Below, piece after piece: positions 36,129-47,376 of a stretch of 64,000 nt of DNA (its first letter is position 1; the number at the start of each line of letters is the position of its first letter). The stretch comes from Mantamonas sphyraenae STR306 (Eukaryota; Protista; CRuMs), in assembly GCA_026936335.1 (NCBI GenBank), contig JAPMXV010000001.1:377343-441342 (forward strand), in the 5' to 3' direction. The notes below the pieces were generated by a model. It was not told the origin of the DNA, did no database searches, and worked only from the letters and a program-made list of their open reading frames with translations. The position numbers and the translations under genes are program-made.

Positions 36129-37787
36129 ATGAGCCAGACGGAAGAAGAAGACTACGAAGAGCCGCCCACGAACCTGATCAAGGCACTGGTGAGCCAGCTG
36201 GGCAAGGGAGCGGATCTGACCAAGGTTGGTTGTGGGATGGAGGAGGAGAGCGTTTGGTTTGGGATCATGCATCTCGGCAGTCGCTGACGTAGGAGGTCGG
36301 GGCCGGAAAAAAACGCACTCACACGGGCGAACAGGTGACGATCCCGGCCGAGTTTCTGGAACCGCGGTCACTGCTGGAGATGTACTCGGACATGAACGGG
36401 TACCCGCAGCTGTTGGCAGAGTAGGTTGGGCTGGAGCGGAGGCGGGAGAAATGGGGCACGCGGTGGGAGAGCGAGAGGGTTTCGAGGCTGACCGCCGTTT
36501 TTCGGGCTGGACGGGTGAACGGGGCGTGCTTTGCACAGGTGCACAGAGCCTGACGACGAGGTGGAGCGCATGATTGCCGTGCTGCGGTGGTATTTTTCGT
36601 CTGTGGGTCGTCGACGCGGCACAAAGAAGCCGTACAACCCGCTGCTGGGCGAGATGTACCGGTGAGTTTGTGCGGGAGGGGCAAGGCAGAACGAGGTGGA
36701 AACGCGAGTGCAGGTTGGAGAGGAGACATGCTGACGCAAGGGGAACTTGGCATGTGTGTGGAATGGTGTGTGTGCTTGTGTGTGTGTGTGTGCGTGTGTG
36801 TGTGTGGCACGGGTGTGGACGCATGTGCGTGGACGTGGTGTGCATGGTTTTGTAGATGCGAATGGGATTTGGAAGAGTTTGGTGCGGGCAAGTCGTACTT
36901 TCTGGCGGAGCAGGTGTCGCACCATCCGCCCACGTCTGCGTTCTACGTGGAGAACCCGGAGAAGCAAGTGATGTACATTGGTCACATCACGACGCGGTCC
37001 AAGTTTTACGTGACGTCTGCGGGCGTGATCAACGAGGGCAAGGGCTTCATCCTGCTGAAGGACCGTGACGACGAGGAGTACGTGCTGACGTATCCTGCAG
37101 GATACATCCGCAACCTGCTTGTGGGCACGATGCGTTTCGAACTGGGCGGCTCTGTGCAGGTGCTGTGCGAAGCGACGGGTCTGCAGGCGGACATCGAGTT
37201 TAAGACGAAGGGCATGCTGTGGGGCGACTGGGACCAGGTGGAGGGAAGCATCAGCACGACGGACGGCACGAAGCTGTACACGTTGGACGGAAACTGGAAG
37301 GAGCAGATCAACATGACGGACAAGTCGACAGGCGAAACGACGGTTCTGTTTGATTTTGCTGACCAGCAGCTGGTTGCCAAGACGGATGTGCCGCTTGAGG
37401 AGCAGGCGAGTGTGGAGAGCCAGAAGTAAGTGGCGAGGGGACGAGGTGGGGGGCGGGGCAAGTGTTGAGGAGGGAGTTGGAAGCTGACACTGTGTGTGTG
37501 TGTGTGTGTGCGTGTGCATGGGTATCAACAGCAAATGGAAGCACGTGACGGCTGCGTTGAAGGAGAAGGATGTGCACACGGCGAACGAGCACAAGCACGA
37601 GCTGGAGGAGATCCAGCGTGCGGAGAAGAAAGAGCGTGATGCAGAGAGCCGCGAGTGGGAAACGCGCTTCTTCCACTACGAGGAGGATGTGGACAAGTGG
37701 CAATACGACGACTTTGGCCGCTATGTGGAGGTCAAGGACAAGTTTGGGGCCACTCTGAAGGAGATGGTGGGCGACGACAAGGAATAG
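36129..37787 (+). CDS. Short oxysterol-binding protein (ORD only), multi-exon
   Basis: GADLTK|VTIPAEFLEPRSLLE, KKPYNPLLGE, LAEQVSHHPP signature, ADIEFKTKG, ES-KWKHVTAAL, ANEHKHELEEIQR. Confidence 0.92.
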
Positions 37788-37975
37788 TTTGGGGCCATGT
37801 TGGGCCGGGGTTGGAGAGAAGCATCGAGCAGTGGAAACGACAATGAATTCATGGCTTGATTTCATGAGGGAAGATGAGGGATGGAGGAAACAGGGTTGTT
37901 GGGGAAAGCGGACAGGCACTGCGAGCGCTCGGCGACGAGGAGGGAATGAGGGAATGCGGGAGGATGGGCTGTTGG

Positions 37976-38158
37976 CTACCTCCTGCGGGCAGCAGTCTTG
38001 AAGCAGGTGGAGAGGGCTTGAAATTCTTTGTCGCATGCGCCGCGGTGGATGTTGTTGGTGGTGTCGACAATGGCAGCCATGCAGGCGCCGTAGGCTGTGG
38101 CTTGCGCTGAGCAGGTGGCCAGGGCAGTGGCGAGACGTGTGCGCGGAGTGTTTGGCAT
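37976..38158 (-). CDS. NDUFAF8: Twin CX9C complex I assembly factor NDUFAF8-like (60 aa)
   Basis: MPNTPRTRLATALATCSAQATAYGACMAA...GACDKEFQALSTCFKTAARRR*: twin CX9C with the AYG-C and C..EF.AL..CF pattern. Confidence 0.8.
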   Translation of the reverse strand: MPNTPRTRLATALATCSAQATAYGACMAAIVDTTNNIHRGACDKEFQALSTCFKTAARRR

Positions 38159-38304
38159 GGGTGGAAGAGGTGGCGTGGAAGGTAGCAGAGACGGTGGATG
38201 CGGGAGGGGGGTTTGTGCAGGGACGGAAGCGGGGGAGCGTTTTTTGCGGTGTTTGCGGAGGCGCGATATGGGACGCAACGAAAGAAGAGGCTTCGGAGCG
38301 CGTG

Positions 38305-40375
38305 ATGGACGACGAGAAGAAGAGGAAGCGGCTGTTGCAGGAGCTGACGGAGGTGGGAGTGGACGAAGCAGTGGCGTTGAAGGCGCTGGAGGCGACGTTC
38401 TACTTGTCGACAGACTTTGCGTGGGAATACATGAACGAGGAGGGAAGCAGTGGGCAAGAGAGGGTTGTGGAGCGGGCAAAGAAGCGGCTGGAGCGGAGGC
38501 TGTCGCAGCTGGCAGAGGAAGGCGAGTCCGAGTCGGTGGGGCTGGATCGTGAAGAGAGCTCAGAGTCGTTCTATTTCGAGGACGAGGACAGCGAGGCGCT
38601 GGACGAGGGCGACGACTATCTGGACGAAGACGACGACGCAATCTACGGGCTATCGTGTAAGTGAGCGGGGAGAGAAGTTGGGGGCAAAGGGGGTCGTGCA
38701 ATGCAGAGGGCCGGAGAGAGGCGGAAGAGCAAGGTGAATTCCGGCGAGAGGGCTGACGCGCAGCTGGGGGCCGCAACAACGGCGGCCTGACGGTGGATGC
38801 GGGTGCTGGGATGTGTGGCGAATAGCGAGTCTGGCGAGCCAGCAGAAGAAGGATTTCCGAGTGCTGGACGAGAAGCTGATTGTGCAGGCGCGTGAGGACA
38901 CGCTGGAGGCGTGTGCGAAGCGTTTCGGGCTGAGCCTGGCGGTGACGGCGGCGCTGCTGAAGTACTTTGAATGGGACATCAGCGCATTTGATGAAGCTAT
39001 GGAACAGGATGCGCAAGAGGTGTTTGACAAGGCAGGCGTGCACCCTGAGCAAACGGTGAACAACCGAAAGGGCAAGGGCAAGGTGTCGCAAGGAGGGTCG
39101 ATCTACCTGGCGTCTGTGCTGGAAGAGAAGACGGGCACGTGTCCGATTTGCTTTGAAGACGCCATGCAGCTGTCTGCGCTCGAGGTGAGTTGGAGTGGGA
39201 GGATGTTGGGGTGTTTGGGGCGCTGGGAACTGACGGAGCTGAGGTCGCACGGGCACACAGTGTGGGCACTTTGTGTGCAACGAGTGCTGGGAGTATGGCC
39301 TGACGCTGAAGATCAACGAGTCGGAGGTGACGGGCCTGAGGTGCATGGGACACGCAAAGTGTAACCTGGTGGTGCCGGAGGCGCTGATTGAATCGCTGGT
39401 GTCGAGCGATGTGTACGAAAAGTACCTGCGCTTCCTGATGGCTTCGTACGTGAAAGAAAGCAAGCTGGTGAAGTGGTGTCCGCGGCCGGGCTGCGAGAAC
39501 GCAGTGGCGGGGGTCAGCAAGTCGAAGCTGGGCAAAGGGGTCACGGTGAAGTGTTCGTGCGGCTTCAAGTTTTGCTACGACTGCAACAACGAAGCGCATG
39601 CGCCAGCGACGTGTGCACAGGTGCGTCTGTGGAAGGAGAAGTTTGACAGTGACGAAGAGACACAAAAGTACATGAAGGTGTACGTGAAGCGTAAGTTGTG
39701 GACGGAGATGGGGTGGGGTGGGCAAATGGTTGTGTGTAGGGAGAAGGGAGAAGGCGCCTCTGACACGAGAGTGTGTGCGCAGCGTGCCCGAAATGTGGCG
39801 TGCTGGTGAAGAAGGAGGAAGGGTGCAATCACATCTGGAACGACCCGTGCGGGTTTCATTGGTGCTGGGTGTGCAACCAGGCGTGGGAGGGCCACGACGA
39901 CTACTACAACTGCAACAAGTTTACGGCTGAGAAGCAGAAGGAGATCAAGAACGAGCAGGACGAGGCGCTGGCGGCACTGGAAAAGTGGAAGCACTACAGC
40001 GAGCGGTACGCAGACAACATGATGAGCGAGGAGCTGGAAAGGAAGAACAGGGACAAGGCAGAAGCAAAGATGAAGGAGCTGGTGGACCATTCGGGGTCGT
40101 ACATCGACGCACAATTTCTGTTGAAAGCGGTGGAACAGCTGGAAGAGTGCCGGCGGCTGCTGAAGTACACGTATCTGCACGCGTTCTTTCTGGGGGACAC
40201 GGAGCGAGAGCTGTTTGAGTTTCACCAGAAAGACCTGCTGGCGATCACAGACAAGTTGAGCGAGACGCTGACGATGCCTGTGGACCGGCTTGTGGAACCT
40301 GAAGGAGTGAGCAGGATCAACAATCTGATCAGTGTGGCGCGCAAGAATTTCGAGAACATGGAGGTGCGTAAGTGA
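38305..40375 (+). CDS. Ariadne-family RBR E3 ubiquitin ligase (4 exons)
   Basis: UBA-like N-terminus, acidic tract, RING1 (CPICFE...CGHFVCNECW), IBR (KWCPRPGC...CSCGFKFCYDCNNEAHAPATC), RING2 (CPKCGVLVKKEEGCNHI...CGFHWCWVC), Ariadne domain (LEECRRLLKYTY). Confidence 0.92.
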
Positions 40376-40621
40376 AGAGGGGCGAGAGGCAATGAAGAAC
40401 GGTTGGAGGTCATGTTTTCTGTGGGGCCGGGGAGACGGCAGGGTGGGCCGCGGGGCTTTTCATTTTCAACACAAACTCGGTTTGTTGCGTGCCGCGCGGT
40501 TGGAAGACCAGCAGACGGGTGCATGGTATGCCAGTGCAGATTGGGAGAGGGTTATTGTGGGGTACGTGTGATTGAAGTACGCTGAGCAGACCTGTGTGGA
40601 GTTGGGAGCCTGCGGCCGGAA

Positions 40622-40995
40622 GTGGAGGGGTACGTGGAGACGACGCGCTTCGAGTACGCGCAGTACGGCATCACGCAGGTGCTGGTGGAGCCCGGAGGAG
40701 CAGGCACCAACTTCTTCAGCAACCTCCTGCCTGGCTCGAACAGCGAGGCGGCCGAGAAGTATCCGGAGGGACAGAAGGGTACCAGGCATCGTTCATGGCG
40801 TTCGCTTCGTCTGGCGCCATGCTGAAGGGCCCCGAGGTGTCGGAGCTGTTTGCAGAAATTGTCAACACCGAGAAGCCCAAGTTCCGCTACGTGATTGGCC
40901 CGAACGATGCGGAAATCAGCACGCCTGCGATCAACGAACTGTCTGAGGAGGTGTACACCAAGACTCTTGGCAACTTTGGCCTGAGCCTGGAGTGA
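40622..40995 (+). pseudogene. 5'-truncated, frameshifted short-chain dehydrogenase (SDR) fragment
   Basis: VEGYVETTRFEYAQYGITQVLVEPGGAGTNF, then a frameshift near 40770 to PEVSELFAEIVNTEKPKFRYVIGPNDA. No Rossmann or YxxxK part upstream. Confidence 0.6.
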
Positions 40996-41027
40996 TGGGA
41001 AGAGCGAACAATGGACAATGGACACAA

Positions 41028-43004
41028 CTACTTTGGCGTACTTGCATTCTTCTGCTGCTTGAGTTGGCCACGCACCTTTTTCCACTTTGCACCTGCTGTG
41101 ACACTGACGTTGTTGCCTTTTGCAAGCGCCTCTTTGGCACGCTTGCCAAAGAGTTTGACCTTGTCGCCGGCCTTGTTGGAGGAAGAGGCGTCGCTGTTGC
41201 CTCTCCTTCGGCCACGGAGAAAATCCATGCTGGAGCGCGATGGGGATGGAGTGGGGAGGGCCGCGGCGGTGGATGCGTCTGTGTCGGCCTGGGGTCTGGT
41301 TTGGGCGTCGTCGTCATCGTCAGTGGATGAACGGGACAGGTCCAGGTCGGAGGAGATGGAGGAGGAGCTGGTGGTTCGTGTGGACCTTGTGTCAATCTGG
41401 GCTTCGTCGGAGGTGGTAGGGGCAGCAGCTGCTTTGTCTTTGCGTGAGAGGCGTGTACGTAGGCTGGCAAGGCGCTTTTTCTCTTTCTGGGCCTCGCGCT
41501 GCTGCATCTCGTGGCGCAGGCGTGCGAGGTCGCGCTTGACGCTGTCCTGTTCACCGAGCTCTTCGGCAAGCTGATTCTTTGTGTCTATGAGGCCACGGTA
41601 GGCTTCTTCGAGTTGTGTTTCGAGGTCTTTGATGCGTGCATGAGCGGCATCGAGCTGTGTGGTGGCGTCGTCGCGCTGGGAAAGAGCGAGCGAGGTTGCC
41701 TCCTCGGCAGCCTCGATCTGTGCGGCGTGCGCGCTGCGGAGGACAAGCAGATCTGTGCGTTGCTGGTCCTGTGCGGTTTCCAGCTCACGCAGCTGGTCGG
41801 CAAGGTTGACCATTTCGGCAAACATGCGTTCGCTGCGCACACCGGCGTCGACGGCTTCAAGGCGTCCGTGGAGCCGATCAAGCTCGCGCTGCTGCTTCAG
41901 TTGTTCTTGTGCGTGCTCATGGAGCTCTTGGTCCATGACATGCATGCTGAGCTTGCTTGCGGCGAGCTGTGCTTCCAGCTCCTCCTTTTCGATGGCCAAA
42001 TTGTTGGAGCGTGTGCGCTCGTGTTGGAGTTCGATGTCTGCGTGCTGGAGATGGGCGACGCGATGGCGCAGGTCTTGCACCTCGAGGTCGAGTTCGGCGG
42101 TGTTGAGCTTGCTGCCGATCAGCTGCTGCTCGAGGGTTTTGATTTCGGCCTGTGCGCGGGCCTCGCCCGAGGCTATGATGGCGCCAACACGGCGGACGAG
42201 ATCTGTGGCGACGCGGGGGTCGAGGATGGCGTGTTGCATGTCGTCCAGCAGCAACTCAAGGTCGTCGGCTTCGTCGTGCTGTGCGTCGACGCCTGCAGCA
42301 TCGAGGAGGTTGGAGGCGCGAGCACGACGCAGCTGCTTCTGTTCGGTGAGGAGCTGATGGATGGGCTCGATGACTTCGACAAGAACGGCGTACTGCTCCT
42401 TGGTGAGGGTGGTCTGGAGGTTTGTGACGAGAACGGCGGCGGCAATGGAAAAGGACTTTGCGGTGATGCGGTCTTGGGTGAGCATCTGGTCGAGGTCGAG
42501 GTCAAAGTGCAGGCGGACGGGTTCGAGAAGGGTGGCGAGACGTTCGTTGCGGAGTGCGTCGTGGATGGCGACCTGGAGGTCGGTGCACTCGACGTGGCCG
42601 ACAAGGTGAAAGTCGGGGAGGCCATCGGCGGTGGTGTTGGAGTCCTCCAGGGCAGCAATGGAATCGATGTTGAGGCTGAGCAAGGTCATGTCCAAGCGGA
42701 TGCCGCGTGTTTCGGGGGTGTCTGTCTCGGAGGCGACGGGAGCAGGCGGGAGGACAAAAGACGGGCTGGCAATGCGTACAATTAGGCGAATGCGAGGAGT
42801 GTGGCGTGTGGAGGGTGGTTTGAGGTAGAGGAGTTTGACGTCGTGGACGAAAAAGTCAAGGAGCTCGCGGACGGTGTCCATGTCGCTGACGAGGGTGAGC
42901 GGGTTGACAAAGGCACGTGCGTTGACATCGCCCTGTTCGGGAAAGAGGAGTAGATCTGTAAAGTCAGCCGAGGGGTCGGACGAGTCGGACGGGTCGGACG
43001 GGTG

Positions 43005-43039
<35 letters not shown>

Positions 43040-44799
43040 TGAGAACGAGGTCGTCGTTGGTTGTGGTGGCAGCAATGGCCATGAGCTCGCTGTCAAAGAG
43101 GCCACGGTGGGCCTGGATGTGCTCGCGGGTGGCGTTGCTCCAAGAGCGGATCTGGGCACGGAGGCTGACGAGACAGTCAGCCGAGATATGTTTGGCCCAC
43201 TCGAGGCTGGACGAGGCACTGTTGCGCGCTGTGGGAGGCTTGCCAGCGGGAGGAAGAGGCGGGGGTTGGAGAGTGTCGGTGGAGCGGGAAGACTGGTCGA
43301 GGAGGACTTGGTTGATGAGGGCCTCCTTGGTTGCAGAGAGGGGCTCGGGCATGAGGAGAAGGGAATAGTGACTGTGTTTGAGGGGGGAAGAGGGCACCTC
43401 CTGCATGGTGACCTGGCCGACGCGAACTTCGAGGACCTGCTTGAAGTAGCCAAGGACGTGTTGGTGGTCACTGGCGTTGGAAAGGCGGTCGAGACTACGT
43501 CGTTCGAGGTCGACGGAGCGGCGGGCAAGGTCAGAGTCTGTGGAGTCGTCCAGCGGGCCGGTGGTGGCGAAGCGATCCTCGACCAGGGAGGCGACGGAAG
43601 AGAAGGAAGAGACGCGGAACATGGTGCGTGTGTCTGTGCCAGATGAGTGCTCGGCGAGGATGGGGTTTGCGCGATGGAAGGAGCGGATGGAGGCGAGATG
43701 GAGGTCGGTGAGCATGACAACGTAGCCACGCATGATGTCGCGTGAGTGTTCGCCGTAGAGGAGGTTGAGGAGGAATTGCGGGAGCGTGAGACGGAAGGAG
43801 ATGGCCGGTGTGTTGTGTTCGTCAGTGTGGATGGGGTCGGGAAGGATTTCTGGGTCGATGGGGACGTCGGAGGCGTGTGTGATCGTCGTTTGCGCCGCGT
43901 TCAAGGGCGGCATTGACAGAGTCGACAAAGAGGAGAAGGGCGCGCCAGTCTGGACGAGGCAGCACGAGTTCGATGACGTCAAAGATGACGTCTATGTGAG
44001 TGGAAATGGCCTGGTTGGTGTCTGAGCGGACGTTGGAGGAGATGCGTAGCTGGAAACTCATCTTTTCGAGAAAGGTGTGGGCGCGTGGGGCAAGGGAGTC
44101 TGCGTCTGGCGGGTGGAGGACGCTCATGGTAACACTGTCAACCTGCGCGAGGCGGTAGAGGGGAGTGACGGGGCCCCCTTCGGCGGCAGCGCGAATGTCC
44201 TGAACGGTGGTTTGCTCCCAGTTTGCGTTTGTGCTGAGGAGGGCAATGTTGGAGAGCTGCAGGCGGATACCAGGGGCTTTTCGGAGCGGATCGTTGCGCA
44301 GACGGGGCGTAAACTCGACGCAGATGTCGTTGATATGGATCTGGAGGTTGTCGATGACCTCTTCGGCAAGGCCACGGTCGGACTGGGAAGGGGAAGGGGA
44401 GGATGAAGAGGAAGAAGAAGAGGATGAGGATGCAGAAGGGTCCTGGAGCTGCTGGCGAGCAGCCTCGAGGTCTTGGGCGGCGGCCTCGGGGTCGAGCCAG
44501 AGGTCCTCGTCGGGGCTGATCTCTTCCAGGACGAGGGTGACGGTGTCGAGGTCGACAGTGACGCTCTCAGTCTTGAGTTTTGTGTAGGGGATTTTGAGGG
44601 CAATGCGAGAGACGCTTGCGGTGACGATGCGTAGATTGTTGGGCAGGTGGAGGAGGTGGTGGAGGACGACGGTGTTCAGTTTGAGATCAGTGAGCTCCGC
44701 CCTGCCTGTGAGGAGTTTGAGGGAGAGGTTTTCCGGAGCAAAGTCCTTGACAAAGAGGGCTAATTTGGATGCCAGGGCCTTTGCGACGATGTTGGACAT
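41028..44799 (-). CDS. BLTP3: Bridge-like lipid transfer protein (UHRF1BP1/BLTP3-like, Chorein_N) with C-terminal coiled coil; one apparent frameshift at ~43880
   Basis: MSNIVAKALASKLALFVKDFAPENLSLKLLTGRAELTDLKLN...IALKIPYTKLKTE and LLSTNANWE. Continues in a second frame (41028-43982) with beta-rich segments and a long coiled coil. Confidence 0.75.
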
Positions 44800-44974
44800 G
44801 TGGGAGGAGTTGGGGGGTGGGGGAGGGGCGAAAAGGGTTGGCGGGGAGGGAGGGAAGGGGGGGTGATGGGAAGGGATGTGAGAGGGAGGGAGGTGGAGGG
44901 AGGGAGGGAAGGAATGTGACAGGGGGGGCGATGGTGCGCCGGAGAAGGCAAACAAAGGAAAGGAAACGAGGAAG

Positions 44975-45680
44975 ATGAAAGACATCTTGGGAAACCTGCG
45001 AGAGAATGAAGGACAGGAGCTGCCGATGACGCAGAAGGAGGGAAAGGTTGGAGAGAGGGGTGCAGAGTCGGAGACGGCGAACAAAGTGTTTGTGGCGTCG
45101 CTGGAACGGCTGCGGGAAAGGCTGCGGCCGTGGGGAGAATTCTTTGCCAAGGACGGGTTTTCGAAGCCTGAGGGAGACGCAATGGAGAGGGCAAAGGCAA
45201 ACTATGCGAGGTTCCAGGTGAACTATCTGTGTGTGGGCTTTTTGATGTTTGCGTACAGCGCGTAGGTTCCGCGCGAGAGGCGAATGCTGGGGTGGCGGGG
45301 CGTTGGGAAAAGAGCGGGCGGAAAAAGGGCAACGGGAGCAGGAGACGGGCTGACACGGGGTGACATGGGCTTTGTGTGGACACAGTGTAACCAATCCGTC
45401 GTTCTTGATCGGGTTTGTGATCATCACGGTGGGATGGGGCGTGATTGTGGTGCGGCACGAGCCGTTGACGGTGGGAAGCACGACACTGACGGTGGCGCAG
45501 CTGCGCGGGATCATGGTGGGCGTCACACTGTGTGCCATCTTGTTTTCCAGTGTGGGGCCGACGTTCTTTTGGAGCCTGGGGATGGCAGGCTTGCTGGTCG
45601 GGGCACACGCGGTGCTGCGGAAACCGGTGGAGGAGGCTGACTGGAGCCTGGAGGCCATGGAGGACAAGCTGGGAGGGTGA
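44975..45680 (+). CDS. PRA1 family Rab acceptor (2 exons)
   Basis: LRPWGEFF...FSKP...RAKANYARFQVNY, hydrophobic hairpins, LLVGAHAVLRKP. Intron 45262-45385. Confidence 0.9.
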
Positions 45681-45724
45681 AGTGGAGAAGGAGGTGAATG
45701 GACACATGGTTGAATTCATGGAAA

Positions 45725-47291
45725 TTAGCGGCGGCGACGCTTGGGGCGTGCGCGAGGCTTGTCTTCAAGGCGCTGTGCAGTTTCGTGCAGCTTGCGCAGC
45801 TGGGCAGGGGTCACGCTGGTGCCGACGACAGGTGTGTTGTCATTGTCCGAGGCAAACTTGCGGGCCATGTCGTTGAGAGGCACGCCGCCGGAACGGCTCT
45901 TGCGCTTGTTGCGTGCGGGCTTGACGGCGCCACTGGGGCTGAGCTCGCTCTCGTCTTCGATGTCGCTGACAGTTGCCTCTCGTGCAGAGATGAACTGGCG
46001 TGACTGGAACTTGTCGACCTGTGTGCTCTTACCTGTGCGCAGGAGTTTCTTTCGCTTGGCGAGTTCGCGGGAAGAGAGATGGCGTGTGGAGAGGAGGTCA
46101 TCGTCGGGTTTGGGCAGTTTGATACCCTTGGACTTGGGCTTGGGTTTAGGCTTGGTGCGGGGTTTGGGTTTGGGCTTGGGTTTGGTGCGGGGTTTGGGTG
46201 CGACCGGCTCTTCTTCGGAGCTGACGAGGGAGGATGGGAGGCGGCGCGAATCGGAGGGCTTGTAGGAGGCGGTGGCAGCACGGCGGCGGCCATGTTGGGA
46301 TGTCTTTTTGGCCATGGGATCGGCGTAGGGGTTGGGGACTTCCATGTCGGACGGGAGCTCAATGTCACTGACGGTAGGAATCTTCTTGGCCGGGGGAGCA
46401 GAAGCGGTGCGGCTGGGCTTGGTGGGTCGGGCACGGCGTGCGGGCTTGGCGGGCTTGGTGCGCTTGGTTGGCTGGGCGCGGCGTGCGGGCTTGGTGCGGA
46501 CGGGGTAGGGCGAATCTACCTCGGAGGGGACGGCAGGAGGCTCGTCGTCGCTGATGGGCGGGGACACGGAGGGACGGCGACGGTTTTGACGGCCCTTGGG
46601 GCGGGAAGATCGAGTGGGGTTCGTGTAGGGGGCGTCGAGGTCGGACGGGAGGTCGTTCTCGCTGACGGGCGCCCGGGAACGGGTTGCCTTGGCCGCCGAG
46701 GGCGCGGGAGGGACGCGAGGGGCGCGAGGGACGGTCACGAGCAAAGGAGTCGGAGGGGATGTCAACGTCGCTGATGCCGCTGGGAGCCGGGTGGGCAACG
46801 GATTTGGAACGGCGGAATGCGCCGTTTCTTTGTTTGCCGGGAGGGGCTCGGACACGGGGTGAGCCACGGGTGCGTTTGGAGGATGCGTAGGAGGCGCGAG
46901 CCGGAGAGGCGTAGGCGATGTCGTCCTGGTCGTCGTCGCTGATGTCCTCAGAAGCGTATACGCGAGAGGAACGGGAAGAGGAGCGTCTGGGCGCCTGGTT
47001 CGCGTCGTCCTCCATGTCGCTGGGCAGTTCAGACTCGACGTCGCTCGGGTAGGCGGCGGAGCGGGAGCCACGGCGAGCAGCAGCATAGGAGCGAGCCGAG
47101 TCGCGAGTACGGGAGACAACCAGGGCGTCGTCATCCAGGCCCACCTCTTCGGAGACGGCGCCGTCGTCGTCGCTGACGTCACTCACGTCGCTGACGGAGG
47201 CGTAGCGAGAGGCTGCATGCACAGGGTGCAGTGAAGCCACACAAAGAAGCACAGAAGCCAGCAGCACAAGCAGAGACAGGCGACTATGCAT
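45725..47291 (-). CDS. Putative secreted low-complexity S/D/P/R/K-rich protein; apparent frameshift at ~46705
   Basis: Signal peptide MHSRLSLLVLLASVLLCVASLHPVHA. Repeated (E/D)(L/I)PSD motifs occur on both sides of the frame change; (PK)n tract. Confidence 0.6.
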
Positions 47292-47376
47292 GTGGTTTTG
47301 TACGGGAAGTGCCAGAAAGGGATGGGCCAAGGAGCGCGGCTGCGGAGGCAACATAGCCAACACAGCCAACGCCACC

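Noticed and set aside
36766-37516. (GT)n tracts (also ~2300 and ~16650)
   Set aside because: Ordinary intronic microsatellites.
46130-46200. Interstitial telomere-like ttggg/tttagg repeats
   Set aside because: They are the antisense of the (Pro-Lys)n coding tract, not TTAGGG arrays.
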